Of a stretch of DNA of 64,000 bases, positions 47,841 to 57,966 are shown in pieces. The position numbers were made by a program, and so were the translations under genes. The DNA lies in the NCBI GenBank assembly GCA_964464605.1, contig CAYXJN010000007.1, forward strand, positions 124,001 through 188,000. The letters run 5' to 3'. The DNA comes from an uncultured Ignavibacteriales bacterium. GTDB lineage: Bacteria > Zixibacteria > MSB-5A5 > GN15 > FEB-12. The notes under the pieces are model-generated. The model made no database searches. It was not told the DNA's origin and worked only from the letters and a program-made list of their open reading frames with translations. The stretch's first letter is position 1; each line of letters opens with the position of its first letter.

Positions 47841-47970
47841 GGTTGCTTTGTTTCCTTATTTTAGCCAGCCCAATATATGCTCGAACCGGATTTTGGCAAG
47901 TAACAGTCAAAACCGCAGTCCTGCAGGCTTCATTCTGTAAACAGAAGTAATCGGCAAAGGTTCCAATGGT

Positions 47971-48438
47971 TCAGGCGACGCCTGTCCAATTTTTTGCAGG
48001 AAAACAACTTAGCTCAGCACTCACGGTATCGATTGCGGCGGCCATGTTCTTCCAGGTCACCACCTGTTTAGCCTGGTACGGGAAAAACCAGCTGCATTCG
48101 GAGTGCTCGGCACAGAGTTTGACTTCGGCATTATTGTCTACCACGGCGACAAAAATCGGGAAAACCCAAATAGCATCTTTCGGGGCATAATAGAACTGCA
48201 TGAGATGCTCGGTGGCAAATATCTGAGCAGCCGTGAGTCCGGTCTCCTCTTTTAGCTCTCGAATGGCGATTTGCGTTCCGGTTTCATCCTTCTCTTTCAT
48301 TCCTGAAACCAATCCCCAATGTCCGCCGGATCGGGTGTGATCCGCCCGTCTCAATAAGAGCATCTGCCATCCTTCGTTGGTTTTGCGGACAACTACAACG
48401 GCAACGCCGGGGGATTCAATCGGGATAGTTACAGACAT
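47971..48438 (-). CDS. NUDIX hydrolase (NudB-like)
   Basis: Nudix box GMKEKDETGTQIAIRELKEETGL; EHSECSW. Confidence 0.85.
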   Translation of the reverse strand: MSVTIPIESPGVAVVVVRKTNEGWQMLLLRRADHTRSGGHWGLVSGMKEKDETGTQIAIRELKEETGLTAAQIFATEHLMQFYYAPKDAIWVFPIFVAVVDNNAEVKLCAEHSECSWFFPYQAKQVVTWKNMAAAIDTVSAELSCFPAKNWTGVA

Positions 48439-48442
48439 AAAC

Positions 48443-49288
48443 TTACAGCAGTTTCATATTGTCAATCAGCCTTACTCCGTGCACACGGACGGCCAATGAG
48501 CAAATAGTGTTCTTCTCGATTTTCGTTTGTGGTGTCAGGCTATTCATATCGGTAAACGCGATATACTCTATATCGGCAGTCGGGCAAATAGTGTAAATCG
48601 TGTGACGCATCTTACTTCCGATTTTAGCGGTTCGTTTTTCTCCCACTTTTATCAATCCCCTTGCAGTTTGTAATGCACGGTATAAACAGATAGCATCTTT
48701 ACGCTGCTCGGCGGTGAAATAACTATTCCTGGATGACATTGCCAGGCCATCCTTCTCCCGAACGGTCTGTGAAATGATAAATTGAATCGGAAAGCCTAAA
48801 TCGCTGGTCATTTGTTTTAAAACCATCGCCTGTTGGTAATCTTTCATCCCAAATAACACAACATCGGGACGGGTGATATTGAACAGTTTGGCGACGATAG
48901 TAGTGACGCCGCGAAAATGTCCCGGGCGGACCGCACCTTCGAGGGTTTGTGTTAATAGTTCGACATTCACCCACGTTTGGAAATCTTTCGGATATATTTC
49001 TGCTACTTTCGGGATAAACACGATATCTCCACCCGCCTTGCCGATTTTTTTGACATCCCCTTTTTCATCACGTGGATATTTAGTCAAATCATCACGCGGT
49101 CCGAATTGGGTAGGGTTAACGAAGATAGTCGTAATGACCACATCCGCTCTCTGTTTTCCTTTACGAATAAGCGATAGGTGCCCGTCATGCAAAAACCCCA
49201 TTGTCGGCACAAGAGCGATTCGTTTTCCCTTTGCAGCAAGCTGTCGGGAGAGATTTTGCATCTGTGCGATTGAACGAACGATTTTCAT
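48443..49288 (-). CDS. panC: Pantoate--beta-alanine ligase
   Basis: VPTMGFLHDGH, FVNPTQF, RPGHF.GV, FGMKDYQQ, GLAMSSRN, RLIDN. Confidence 0.98.
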   Translation of the reverse strand: MKIVRSIAQMQNLSRQLAAKGKRIALVPTMGFLHDGHLSLIRKGKQRADVVITTIFVNPTQFGPRDDLTKYPRDEKGDVKKIGKAGGDIVFIPKVAEIYPKDFQTWVNVELLTQTLEGAVRPGHFRGVTTIVAKLFNITRPDVVLFGMKDYQQAMVLKQMTSDLGFPIQFIISQTVREKDGLAMSSRNSYFTAEQRKDAICLYRALQTARGLIKVGEKRTAKIGSKMRHTIYTICPTADIEYIAFTDMNSLTPQTKIEKNTICSLAVRVHGVRLIDNMKLL

Positions 49289-50379
49289 AATTCGGTAATA
49301 CGCCGGTTATCTTTGGCGTAGGCAATCAAAATATAGCCTCGCGTAATCGTAGCGGTGAATACGGACAGCATATAACCCGGAATAGTTGCGAACAGAATAC
49401 CAAGCATGAAGGCGCAGAAATAGGAAATCGACTCTGAAGATGTCCGCCCGAACAATTCGTACACCGGAATCATCACGTCGCTGTCGGGATACAAAAAGAA
49501 GAAAAAGTCGCCGAGTTTCCCCTGAATCGACAGATGAGACATTCCTCCCTCGATCAACCGCGACAATTCTACCCCACCGGTTGTCGCTGAGGTGGACGCT
49601 ATAACATCGACCGCTTTGACGGCCACAAAGGCGTAAATAAATCCGGCACACTTGGCGAGGATCAGTGCTAATACCGTCGAGAACAGCCAGCGCAGCGGCT
49701 GGCGAAGGATGATCGAAAAAATTTCGACAACCGGACCGAAGATTTCTTTCTTTTCATCAGCAGCAATCACGCTCGGTAAAAAGGAAACCGCCGTCGCACT
49801 GACGCAATAGACCATTCCGACTAAGGCCATCGCCAGCAAAAATCCGGGCATTACGATAAGCGCCGACCAGAGCCATTCACCGGCAATCGGAATACGACCG
49901 ATAAAGCCGAGTAAAAACAATCCGGCTAAAAGCAGCAGTATCAGCAACCCAAAACTCAAAAAAGTACCGAGTAATTGCGGCAAACGAATAAACCCCTGCT
50001 TGATCGCTTTCATGATAGTCAGAGAATGGTTTCCCTTTAACTCCTCAATAGCTACCATCGCCAGCGCGGTCATCCCCTGCAAAATCAACAGAAATCCTAA
50101 TCCAAGCCCACCGTACCAAAGCGCCATTGCTCCTGCTGAAGCCGGCGGTTTTAAAATCGGCGGGAAAAAACCGTAGACTGATAGTACAAAACCGAGCCGT
50201 TCCCCGTCGATTACCATACTTAAGTAACTTCCGGCAACCATGCAGGTGTAAGCAGCCAGAACGAAAAAAGTGCCGATAGCGATGTGTTTCGGTTTAAGCC
50301 CCGCTCGCGGCGCTACGAACAGATCCGCAAGCGAATAGCGAAACAAACTGGTCATGCGCAACGGTTTTGTATCAACCAT
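49285..50379 (-). CDS. Hypothetical polytopic membrane protein
   Basis: 364-aa ORF with several hydrophobic segments; overlaps the panC start. Confidence 0.7.
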   Translation of the reverse strand: MVDTKPLRMTSLFRYSLADLFVAPRAGLKPKHIAIGTFFVLAAYTCMVAGSYLSMVIDGERLGFVLSVYGFFPPILKPPASAGAMALWYGGLGLGFLLILQGMTALAMVAIEELKGNHSLTIMKAIKQGFIRLPQLLGTFLSFGLLILLLLAGLFLLGFIGRIPIAGEWLWSALIVMPGFLLAMALVGMVYCVSATAVSFLPSVIAADEKKEIFGPVVEIFSIILRQPLRWLFSTVLALILAKCAGFIYAFVAVKAVDVIASTSATTGGVELSRLIEGGMSHLSIQGKLGDFFFFLYPDSDVMIPVYELFGRTSSESISYFCAFMLGILFATIPGYMLSVFTATITRGYILIAYAKDNRRITEL

Positions 50380-50391
50380 ATAACAGCTGAC

Positions 50392-51561
50392 CTATTTTAT
50401 CCGCTTTCGATTTTTGATTAAAATAGCACGAATCGATTCGCAAATATAATCAACTTGGTCATTCGTAAGTGTCGGATACAACGGCAGCGTAACAATTCGC
50501 TCTGCCGCCTTAGCGGTATTAGGAAACGAGGATGCTTTCCAGTTAAATTGCTTTTTATAATACGAAAAGGAATAGACCGGTTGGTAATGCACGCCGCATT
50601 CGATTCCTTTGGCTGCCATCAGACTTATAAATTGATCCCGTGAAATGGTAAGCGCTTCTAAATGCAGTTGGATAATGTACAAATGCCAACTCGGCATAAC
50701 GGAAACTGCGAAGGAAGGTAACGTGGCAAACTCGTACATATCAGCTAACTGATTCGTGTACCGTTTCGCCAACTGTGCGCGGCGGCGCTGGTCGGCATTG
50801 AACCGTTTCAATTGCCCCAAACCGACTGCGGCGTGAATATCCGACATATTCGCTTTTACACCGAAACAGGGCACATCGTACGACCAGGTTTTCCCTTGCT
50901 TTCGGTCATGCGCGTTAGTGGTCATCCCGTGCCGGGAAATAAACCGGGCACGTTGAGCGAGTTGTGCGTTGTCCGTTACAATCATACCACCTTCACCGGA
51001 GGTCAGGTTTTTCGTCGAATAAAACGACAGGACTGCGGCATCTGCCAGTTCTGCCGTTGTTTTTCCCTTATACACTGCCCCAAAGGCATGCGCTGAATCC
51101 GACAGCAACGACGTTGCTTTTGTTAAAGATAGGAGAGCGTCATAGTCGCAGGGGTATCCGGCCATTTCAACCGGCATTATCGCTACCGTTTTTTTGTTCA
51201 TCCGCTTTTTGACTGCTTGGGGATCAATAGTTAAATGAACCGGATCTATATCGACTAACACCGGCTTGAGTCCGGCTAAAAGAATCGCTTCGATCGATGC
51301 CACCATCGTCATCGGCGTCGTAATAACTTCCCCGTTTTTCGGCAGATTTATAGCTAAAAGCGCAACCTGCAATCCGGCCGTTGCGGAGTTAACAGCAACG
51401 GCATGCGAAACATTCATCCGCTTTGCCACCAACTGCTCAAACTCTTTTGCCTTTTTTCCGGTCGAAAGCCACCCGGAATCGAGCACACGGGCAACTTCCC
51501 GCTTGGCTTGCGGCGTAACGGTAATATCAAAAAGCGGAATATGCTGTTTATTGCGCGGCAT
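50392..51561 (-). CDS. DegT/DnrJ/EryC1/StrS sugar aminotransferase
   Basis: NSATAGL, DSAHAFG, SFYSTKNLTSGEGG (PLP lysine), TLPLYP. Confidence 0.93.
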   Translation of the reverse strand: MPRNKQHIPLFDITVTPQAKREVARVLDSGWLSTGKKAKEFEQLVAKRMNVSHAVAVNSATAGLQVALLAINLPKNGEVITTPMTMVASIEAILLAGLKPVLVDIDPVHLTIDPQAVKKRMNKKTVAIMPVEMAGYPCDYDALLSLTKATSLLSDSAHAFGAVYKGKTTAELADAAVLSFYSTKNLTSGEGGMIVTDNAQLAQRARFISRHGMTTNAHDRKQGKTWSYDVPCFGVKANMSDIHAAVGLGQLKRFNADQRRRAQLAKRYTNQLADMYEFATLPSFAVSVMPSWHLYIIQLHLEALTISRDQFISLMAAKGIECGVHYQPVYSFSYYKKQFNWKASSFPNTAKAAERIVTLPLYPTLTNDQVDYICESIRAILIKNRKRIK

Positions 51562-52609
51562 GCATTACCCGTTCGTAAAGTTCAGACATCTTATCAAGCG
51601 ACCGTTCCCAGTTATACTGCGCTTTAACCATCTCATACCCTGCTTTACCCATCTGCTCCAGCTCGCTGCGATTTTTAACCAACCGCTCAATAGCGTCAGC
51701 CAGCGCAGCCGGATCTTCCGGCGGCACTAAGATACCGGTTTTATTCTGCTGAACAACTTCCGGAATACCGCCAACTTCCGAGGCAATTACCGCTCTTCCG
51801 ACAGCAGCCGCTTCCAAAGCCGACACGCCGAATGATTCCATGCGGGAAGGCATAACCATCAGGTGATGAGACTGTAAAAACGAGGCCATTTCCGCATGTT
51901 CAAATTTACCGACTAAATTTACAGTATCCGATAACCCAAGTGATTGAATCATCGTTTGCAATTCACCGGTCATTTCTCCCGAACCGGCCATATCCAGATG
52001 GAACTGAACACCCCGCTCTTTGAGCAATCTGGCCGCTTGCAGCAAAACATCAGGACCGTAGATCGCACGATGCCATTTGGCGTAGGCGAGTTTTACCGGA
52101 TATGCGGGAAGCGGCGCCGGTGAATCGGGTACATGTACACCGAACGGAATGACGGACAATTTATTTTGTACGTGCGGCCAATGAGCCAATGTTTGCTTTT
52201 CAAGATAACGGCTTGACGCCGTCACTGCCGCCGAGTTCTGAAACAACCAATTGCCGAACCAATGCGTAAGCGGATTATGAATCAACTTTGCGAGGTCACT
52301 CCCCCACAGCGAAGTTACCATAGGATGAATATGCGAACGCACTCCCCACCAGCCGAACCCGAAGGCATAGTGGACATGCACAAGATCAGGCTGGAATTTT
52401 TTTGCTTCGGAAATCGCTTTTCCCGCATAGCGCAAATAACCGAATGCTCCTGAATGCGGCAGGTTAACGGTTTCAACATTCGCAAGCTGCTCTCCGCCGG
52501 ATGAAACAACTTTAATCTGCCAACCGCGTTTGGTAAGCCCTTCTGCCCACCGCTGGATATGCACCGACTGCGCCCATCCGAAAATAACGATCCGGTTTTT
52601 CTTTGGCAT
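51548..52609 (-). CDS. Glycosyltransferase family 4
   Basis: PDLVHVHY, WGSD, PSRMESFGVSALEA, VGGIPEVV. ATG at 52609. Confidence 0.92.
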   Translation of the reverse strand: MPKKNRIVIFGWAQSVHIQRWAEGLTKRGWQIKVVSSGGEQLANVETVNLPHSGAFGYLRYAGKAISEAKKFQPDLVHVHYAFGFGWWGVRSHIHPMVTSLWGSDLAKLIHNPLTHWFGNWLFQNSAAVTASSRYLEKQTLAHWPHVQNKLSVIPFGVHVPDSPAPLPAYPVKLAYAKWHRAIYGPDVLLQAARLLKERGVQFHLDMAGSGEMTGELQTMIQSLGLSDTVNLVGKFEHAEMASFLQSHHLMVMPSRMESFGVSALEAAAVGRAVIASEVGGIPEVVQQNKTGILVPPEDPAALADAIERLVKNRSELEQMGKAGYEMVKAQYNWERSLDKMSELYERVMHAAQ

Positions 52610-52617
52610 AACGAAAA

Positions 52618-53700
52618 CTATTTGAGAAAACCAAGGATCGCTGTTTTGATATGCTGCGACGGGCGATGTCCGTTTACTTTCCACGCAATACGTTTGACTT
52701 CGGGAAGGTTTCTGAATGACTGCGCTACTTTTTTGCGATCCAATCCGACTAGCACGTTTCCTTGCTTCAATGTTTCCACCCATTCGGTTTCATCACGCAG
52801 CGTAAGCACCGGCGTACCGACAAAAACTGCTTCTTTTTGCAACCCGCCGGAATCGGTGAGTACTGCTTTGGCGTGGGAAACGACACTCATGAGTGTAAAA
52901 TAATCGAACGGATGCATGGGGAAAAAATGCGGGATAGTCATAAACTCCCGTTGCAGTTTGAACTCACGAATTCTCGCTTTGATTCGCGGGTGCATCGGGA
53001 ATACAATGGGATAAGGGGATTCGGCGAATATACGCGCCAGCTTTTTCAGCGATTCCGGGGAATCAGTTGTTGCCGCACGATGAACAGTCGCAAGCAGGAA
53101 CTGTTTTGATTGCAGTTTGTGCTTTTGTAAAACGCTTACATCCTTCTTAACTGCTGATAGCGAGTCATGTAACAATTCGAACATCAGGTCACCGCAAAGA
53201 ACAATCCCGGTTTTGATTCCTTCGTTTTTCAGATTATTCGCCGCAGTTTTGGTCGCGCAGAAATGTAAAGAAGATAGATGATCGGCGACTTTCCGGTTTA
53301 TTTCTTCCGGCATATCCCGCACAAATGAGCGCATACCGGCTTCGATATGGCCGATAGGAATTCCCAACTTTGCCGCTGCTAATGCACCGGCGAGAGTTGA
53401 ATTTGTATCGCCGTACACCAGTACCATCTGCGGTTTCAGTTTCAATAATACCTTTTCGATATCAGCAAGCATCCGGCCGGTCATTTCCCCGTGGGATCCT
53501 GAGCCGATGGCTAAATTGATCTTTGGTTTCGGGATCTGCAGACTGCGGAAAAACTGCCCGGACATAGCGTCATCATAATGCTGCCCGGTATGAATGATCT
53601 CATGCTGTACGGCACCGACAAGCGCATTGGCCAACGGCGCGAGTTTGATAAACTGCGGCCGGGCGCCGACGATTGAAACTACCAATGGTTTTCGTTTCAC
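52618..53700 (-). CDS. wecB: Non-hydrolysing UDP-N-acetylhexosamine 2-epimerase (WecB/WbpI-like)
   Basis: GARPQFIK, HTGQHYD, VYGDTNST, HIEAG.RS, MPEEINR, TDSGGLQKEA. Confidence 0.93.
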   Translation of the reverse strand: MKRKPLVVSIVGARPQFIKLAPLANALVGAVQHEIIHTGQHYDDAMSGQFFRSLQIPKPKINLAIGSGSHGEMTGRMLADIEKVLLKLKPQMVLVYGDTNSTLAGALAAAKLGIPIGHIEAGMRSFVRDMPEEINRKVADHLSSLHFCATKTAANNLKNEGIKTGIVLCGDLMFELLHDSLSAVKKDVSVLQKHKLQSKQFLLATVHRAATTDSPESLKKLARIFAESPYPIVFPMHPRIKARIREFKLQREFMTIPHFFPMHPFDYFTLMSVVSHAKAVLTDSGGLQKEAVFVGTPVLTLRDETEWVETLKQGNVLVGLDRKKVAQSFRNLPEVKRIAWKVNGHRPSQHIKTAILGFLK

Positions 53701-53706
53701 CCTGCT

Positions 53707-53735
53707 AAGCTACTATTTCCACGAATATCGCTCAA
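53707..53735 (-). promoter_or_regulatory. Sigma70 promoter of the epimerase gene (probably leaderless)
   Basis: TTGAGC-N17-TAGCTT, 6 nt before GTG 53700, immediately after a terminator. Confidence 0.5.
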
Positions 53736-53738
53736 GAG

Positions 53739-53772
53739 AAAACAAAAGCCGCGCAAGGTCATTGCGCGGCTT
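53739..53772 (-). terminator. Intrinsic terminator after the WbpE-like gene
   Basis: Perfect 11-bp stem AAGCCGCGCAA-loop-TTGCGCGGCTT followed by TTGTTTT on the minus strand. Confidence 0.85.
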
Positions 53773-53794
53773 GCACTATCGACACAAAAATCAG

Positions 53795-54898
53795 TTAAAC
53801 CGATTTTTTGATAAGATCGACCACCGTATCCTGTTCCTCTTTGGTCAGTTCAGGATAAATCGGAATCGAAATGACTTCATCCGCCGCCTTGTTGGAATGC
53901 GGGAACTCTTCCGGTTTGTGGCCGAGGTAGGCAAAGCATTTCTGCTTATGAAACGGCACCGGATAATAAACTTCACAACCGACACCGGCTTCTTTCAGTT
54001 TCTTCTGCAATGCCTCGCGGTTTTTCACCGCGATCGTGTACTGATTGTAAATATGGAAGGTCGCATACGACATCACTTTTGGCGTCGTAATACCGGACAC
54101 GCCGGCAAGCAATTGATCATACCGCTTGGCATGGGCAATGCGCTGTTCCGACCATTTTCGCAGATGCGGCAGTTTGACGAGAATAATCGCCGCCTGCATC
54201 GTATCGAGGCGTGAGTTGTATCCGACAATGTCGTGATAGTATTTCACCTTCGAACCATGCACACGAAGCATTTTGTTCATTTCGTAGTCGGCGTCGTTGT
54301 TCGTGACAATCATCCCGGCATCACCGCAGGCGCCGAGATTTTTAGACGGGAAAAATGAGAAACAACCCATATCGCCGATTGAACCGCAGAGCCGTCCTTT
54401 GTATTCGGAACCGATCGACTGCGCGCCATCTTCGACGACTTTGAGATTATGTTTCTTTGCGATTTCCATAATCGGGTCCATGTCGGCCATCTGACCGAAC
54501 AGATGCACCGGCATAATGACTTTGGTTTTCTTGGTAATCGCTTTTTCGATCAGTTTCGGATCGATGTTGTATGAATCCGGCTCGATATCGACAAGCACCG
54601 GTTTGGCACCCAAACGATGCACCACGCCTGCTGTGGCGAAAAATGAAAAGTTAGTTGTGATAACTTCATCCCCCGGTTCCACACCGGCGGCGCGAAGCGC
54701 TAACAAGAGCGCATCCGTTCCGGAGGCGACACCAATACCATATTTTACATTTGATACTGCCGCGACCTGTTTTTCCAGTTCAGCGACTTCCGGACCAAGA
54801 ATAAATTTACCGTGAGTAAGCACCTTGATACACGCCGCATCCAGTTCCGGTTTTAAATAAGCATACTGGCGGCTCAGGTCTAAAAGTGGGACAGCCAT
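53795..54898 (-). CDS. DegT-family aminotransferase (WbpE/WlbC-like)
   Basis: FILGPEV, SGTDAL, PVHLFGQ, SFFPSKNLG..GD.G, GYNSRLD. Confidence 0.9.
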   Translation of the reverse strand: MAVPLLDLSRQYAYLKPELDAACIKVLTHGKFILGPEVAELEKQVAAVSNVKYGIGVASGTDALLLALRAAGVEPGDEVITTNFSFFATAGVVHRLGAKPVLVDIEPDSYNIDPKLIEKAITKKTKVIMPVHLFGQMADMDPIMEIAKKHNLKVVEDGAQSIGSEYKGRLCGSIGDMGCFSFFPSKNLGACGDAGMIVTNNDADYEMNKMLRVHGSKVKYYHDIVGYNSRLDTMQAAIILVKLPHLRKWSEQRIAHAKRYDQLLAGVSGITTPKVMSYATFHIYNQYTIAVKNREALQKKLKEAGVGCEVYYPVPFHKQKCFAYLGHKPEEFPHSNKAADEVISIPIYPELTKEEQDTVVDLIKKSV

Positions 54899-54916
54899 GA
54901 AATCTCCTTATGCGAA

Positions 54917-55678
54917 TCAATCATCTTTCCAGCCTTGATTTTCCAGCAATTGTTCTTTGGGAACATCGCGGAATGTTTTCGCCGGTACTCCGGCGATAAT
55001 TTTCTTTGCGGGAGTATCTTTGCTGACAAGCGCACCCGCGGCAACAAGCGTATCTTCTGCAATTACTTTTCCGGGCAATATCGTTGCGTGCACACCAATT
55101 CGGGCGCCGCGCTTGACGGTGACACCTTTGAAATTATTGAAACGTTCTTCGGTGCGGCCGACAAAATTATCATTCGAGGTTGCCACGCACGGCGCTACGA
55201 ACACCCGGTCACCGACTTCGGAATACGCCGTGATATACACATTCGTTTCCAGTTTTACGAAACTGCCGATCTTGCAGAAATTTTCAATTGCGACGCCGCG
55301 ACCAACAATAGTCTTGCGACCAATAGTTACATTTTCACGAACGGTCGACAAATCTGCAATCAGCACTTTGTTGCCGATCACTGAACCGCGATAAATGACC
55401 ACGTTGGTTCCAATTATACAATTTGAGTCAATGGTGCAGGCAGGCAATTCTTGATCTGATGTGGTGGCTGAGTTCGCCGCTTTCATCGGCCGTTTGCCGA
55501 TAATGGTGCCGTCATCGATACGGACATTATCACCGATCTTGGTGCCGTCATGAATGACAACATGATGCCCGATGACGCATCCTGCGCCGATTTCGACATC
55601 GTTTGCGATAACGCAGTATTCTCCATACCGGGTGCCTGTGCCGATCTTTGCAGATTTATCAATTACTGAGGTAGACAT
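54917..55678 (-). CDS. Hexapeptide-repeat N-acetyltransferase (WbpD/WlbB-like)
   Basis: Many IGxxxx repeats; VFVAP...ND, GARIG..ATILPG, AGVPAK. Confidence 0.88.
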   Translation of the reverse strand: MSTSVIDKSAKIGTGTRYGEYCVIANDVEIGAGCVIGHHVVIHDGTKIGDNVRIDDGTIIGKRPMKAANSATTSDQELPACTIDSNCIIGTNVVIYRGSVIGNKVLIADLSTVRENVTIGRKTIVGRGVAIENFCKIGSFVKLETNVYITAYSEVGDRVFVAPCVATSNDNFVGRTEERFNNFKGVTVKRGARIGVHATILPGKVIAEDTLVAAGALVSKDTPAKKIIAGVPAKTFRDVPKEQLLENQGWKDD

Positions 55679-55724
55679 GTATAGTTCCTTTTTTCAGAAT
55701 AAAATCGTTATACCAATTATCGGT

Positions 55725-56729
55725 CTACAGGTTCACCGGAGCGCCGCCCGCTTCCAAAGATTTTTGCGCCGCCTCCAAAACCCGTAACACTCTCAGTCCA
55801 TCCCGGCCATCTGAGCGGGGACGCTCCCGTTTTTCCACGCAATTCAGAAAGTGGCGGCATTCTTCCGCCAACGGTTCGGTCGATTTCACCTGCGGAATCA
55901 GGATATCGCCGGTACGAATAGAGAGATATTCCCCATAGGTTTCATAATTCGGGTTGTGATCTACACCCTTGTCGTATATGCGGATTTTTTCGGAGGGGTC
56001 ACCGTCATCGAATACCGCCATCTGCTTGGAACCGACCACGACCAGTTTTCGGTCTTTGTGCGGATCGAGCCAAGAGACATGAATATGCGCCATGGTACCG
56101 TCGCCGAAATGCAGGGTCGTGAACACCACATCTTCGATTCCTGTCTGCAAATAGGCTGAACCGGTTGCAGTAACGCGCACCGGGTCTTTGTCTAACAGAT
56201 AAAGAATTATCGAAATATCATGCGGTGCGAATGACCAGAGCGCGTTTTCGATATCCCGTACCTTGCCAAGATTCACCCGGCTGGCATACAGGTAATAGAC
56301 CCGACCCAGTTTGCCGCCGTCGATTGCCTGTTTTAAAAAAAGCGTACAGGGGTGGTAGAGCATGATATGACCGACCATCAAAATCCGACCGTTTTTCTCC
56401 GCTTTTTCGACCAGCTTTTCCCCTTCGGCAACCGAAAGCACAAGTGGTTTTTCGACAAAGACATCTTTACCGGAATCGATCGCCTTCATCGCCAGTTCAT
56501 AATGTGAGGCCGGCGGGGTGGCAATAATAACCGCCTGAATATCTTCACGGGTGAACACATCGTCAAATTTGGTGGAAGTTTCCAGCCCCGGATAACTGCT
56601 GCGGGCCTGGGCGAGCGCTTTTTCATTCTGATCACAGGCAAGAGTCAGTCGGCCGCCGGACAGCGTGTAGAAATTCCGGAGCAGATTTTTTCCCCAAGCG
56701 CCGATGCCGATAATCGCGAGATTTTTCAT
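55725..56729 (-). CDS. Gfo/Idh/MocA oxidoreductase (WbpB/WlbA-like)
   Basis: IGIGAWG, ATP..SH, VFVEKP, MVGH, APHDIS, SWLDP.K. Confidence 0.88.
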   Translation of the reverse strand: MKNLAIIGIGAWGKNLLRNFYTLSGGRLTLACDQNEKALAQARSSYPGLETSTKFDDVFTREDIQAVIIATPPASHYELAMKAIDSGKDVFVEKPLVLSVAEGEKLVEKAEKNGRILMVGHIMLYHPCTLFLKQAIDGGKLGRVYYLYASRVNLGKVRDIENALWSFAPHDISIILYLLDKDPVRVTATGSAYLQTGIEDVVFTTLHFGDGTMAHIHVSWLDPHKDRKLVVVGSKQMAVFDDGDPSEKIRIYDKGVDHNPNYETYGEYLSIRTGDILIPQVKSTEPLAEECRHFLNCVEKRERPRSDGRDGLRVLRVLEAAQKSLEAGGAPVNL

Positions 56730-56772
56730 GTATAATTCCTTCTGTGTCGTACGTCCGATAACCGTCTGATCA

Positions 56773-57966
56773 TTAGCGTTTCATGCCGGGCAGCCAGCCG
56801 AAAAAAGCCTCGGCTACTGACGACACCCGACGATACTCATCGGGGTTGTTCAGACGGAGACGGCGAAAATACTCTGCAACGGTCGCAAGTGCAACTGCCA
56901 GAATCAACGAAGCGCCGAATGTTCCGAAGACAATAAGCGACCGCCAGGGGCGGCTGCGAAGCTCCGGCGGAACTGCTTTATCGACAACGGATATGGTAGA
57001 CAGATCATCATTTTCCTGAATTTTTGCCCGTTCCCGCTGCTCTAACAAAAGGGAGTGCAGCGTCTCATTCACTTTCACCCGACTGTAAAGCTCTTCGTAT
57101 TGACCGCGCAGGGTCGGGATTTCGGAGATAGCGAGAGAAAAAAAGGAGCTATCCCGGTTTTTGGTTTCTAGGTCTTTGAGTTGCCGTTCTACCACTTGCT
57201 TACGCTGCTTGAGCTCGACTAACTCGGTGTTTTCTTTGCCGAGGGTTTTCTCCCGAACCAATAATTCGGTTTCGATCGCCGCCAAAGTCGCTTTTAAACT
57301 AATCGCCTGCTCAACGGCTAAACGGGTCTGCTGGTCGAAATCGACCGTTTTGTGGGTAAGCTGGAATTGCTGCAAAGCATGGCGGGCACTGTCGAGTTCT
57401 TTTTCAACATCGGTAAGGCGGCTTTCCAAAAGCTGACGACTCTGTTTTTTTTGTGAAAGGGAGATATCACGAATCGTCTTATCCAGTTCTTCAACGAAGC
57501 CGTTGGTGATATCCGCCGATAACACCGGGTCTTTGTCTTCGACTGATACCAAAAGCAATCCTTCTTCGGTTACTTTGAAGTCGGCATGCGACATCAGCGC
57601 CATATACGCCGCTTCTTTTCCTTCCGCTTCGTAGCGGGCGGTAAGATTGAAGCGGTTGATAATCGTATCCGCAATTTTCCGGCTTTTCAGCATACGGGCA
57701 TAAATGTCGGAAGGGGTTACCATGAGCGGGAGCGCCATCCCTTCGGTAATGGATGTCGCTTCGGATATGCCGCGATATTCAGAGAGCATTACCGACGAGC
57801 TCTTCGGGGGTAACAAGAGCGCTTTCGCCCGATACCACTGCGGCAGCATGAAGGCAACGGCGACTGAAATCGCCGTTAACAGGAACACGATCAAAAAAAT
57901 CATCTTCCGGCGATTCGCCAAAACTTCAAGAAAGAGCCAGAATGAGGATGACTGCTGATTGCTCAT
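56773..57966 (-). CDS. Polysaccharide co-polymerase / chain-length determinant (Wzz/GumC-like, no kinase domain)
   Basis: Two TM segments flanking a coiled coil; P..YRA.A.LLPP; VVDKAVPPE.RSRP.R. Confidence 0.88.
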   Translation of the reverse strand: MSNQQSSSFWLFLEVLANRRKMIFLIVFLLTAISVAVAFMLPQWYRAKALLLPPKSSSVMLSEYRGISEATSITEGMALPLMVTPSDIYARMLKSRKIADTIINRFNLTARYEAEGKEAAYMALMSHADFKVTEEGLLLVSVEDKDPVLSADITNGFVEELDKTIRDISLSQKKQSRQLLESRLTDVEKELDSARHALQQFQLTHKTVDFDQQTRLAVEQAISLKATLAAIETELLVREKTLGKENTELVELKQRKQVVERQLKDLETKNRDSSFFSLAISEIPTLRGQYEELYSRVKVNETLHSLLLEQRERAKIQENDDLSTISVVDKAVPPELRSRPWRSLIVFGTFGASLILAVALATVAEYFRRLRLNNPDEYRRVSSVAEAFFGWLPGMKR

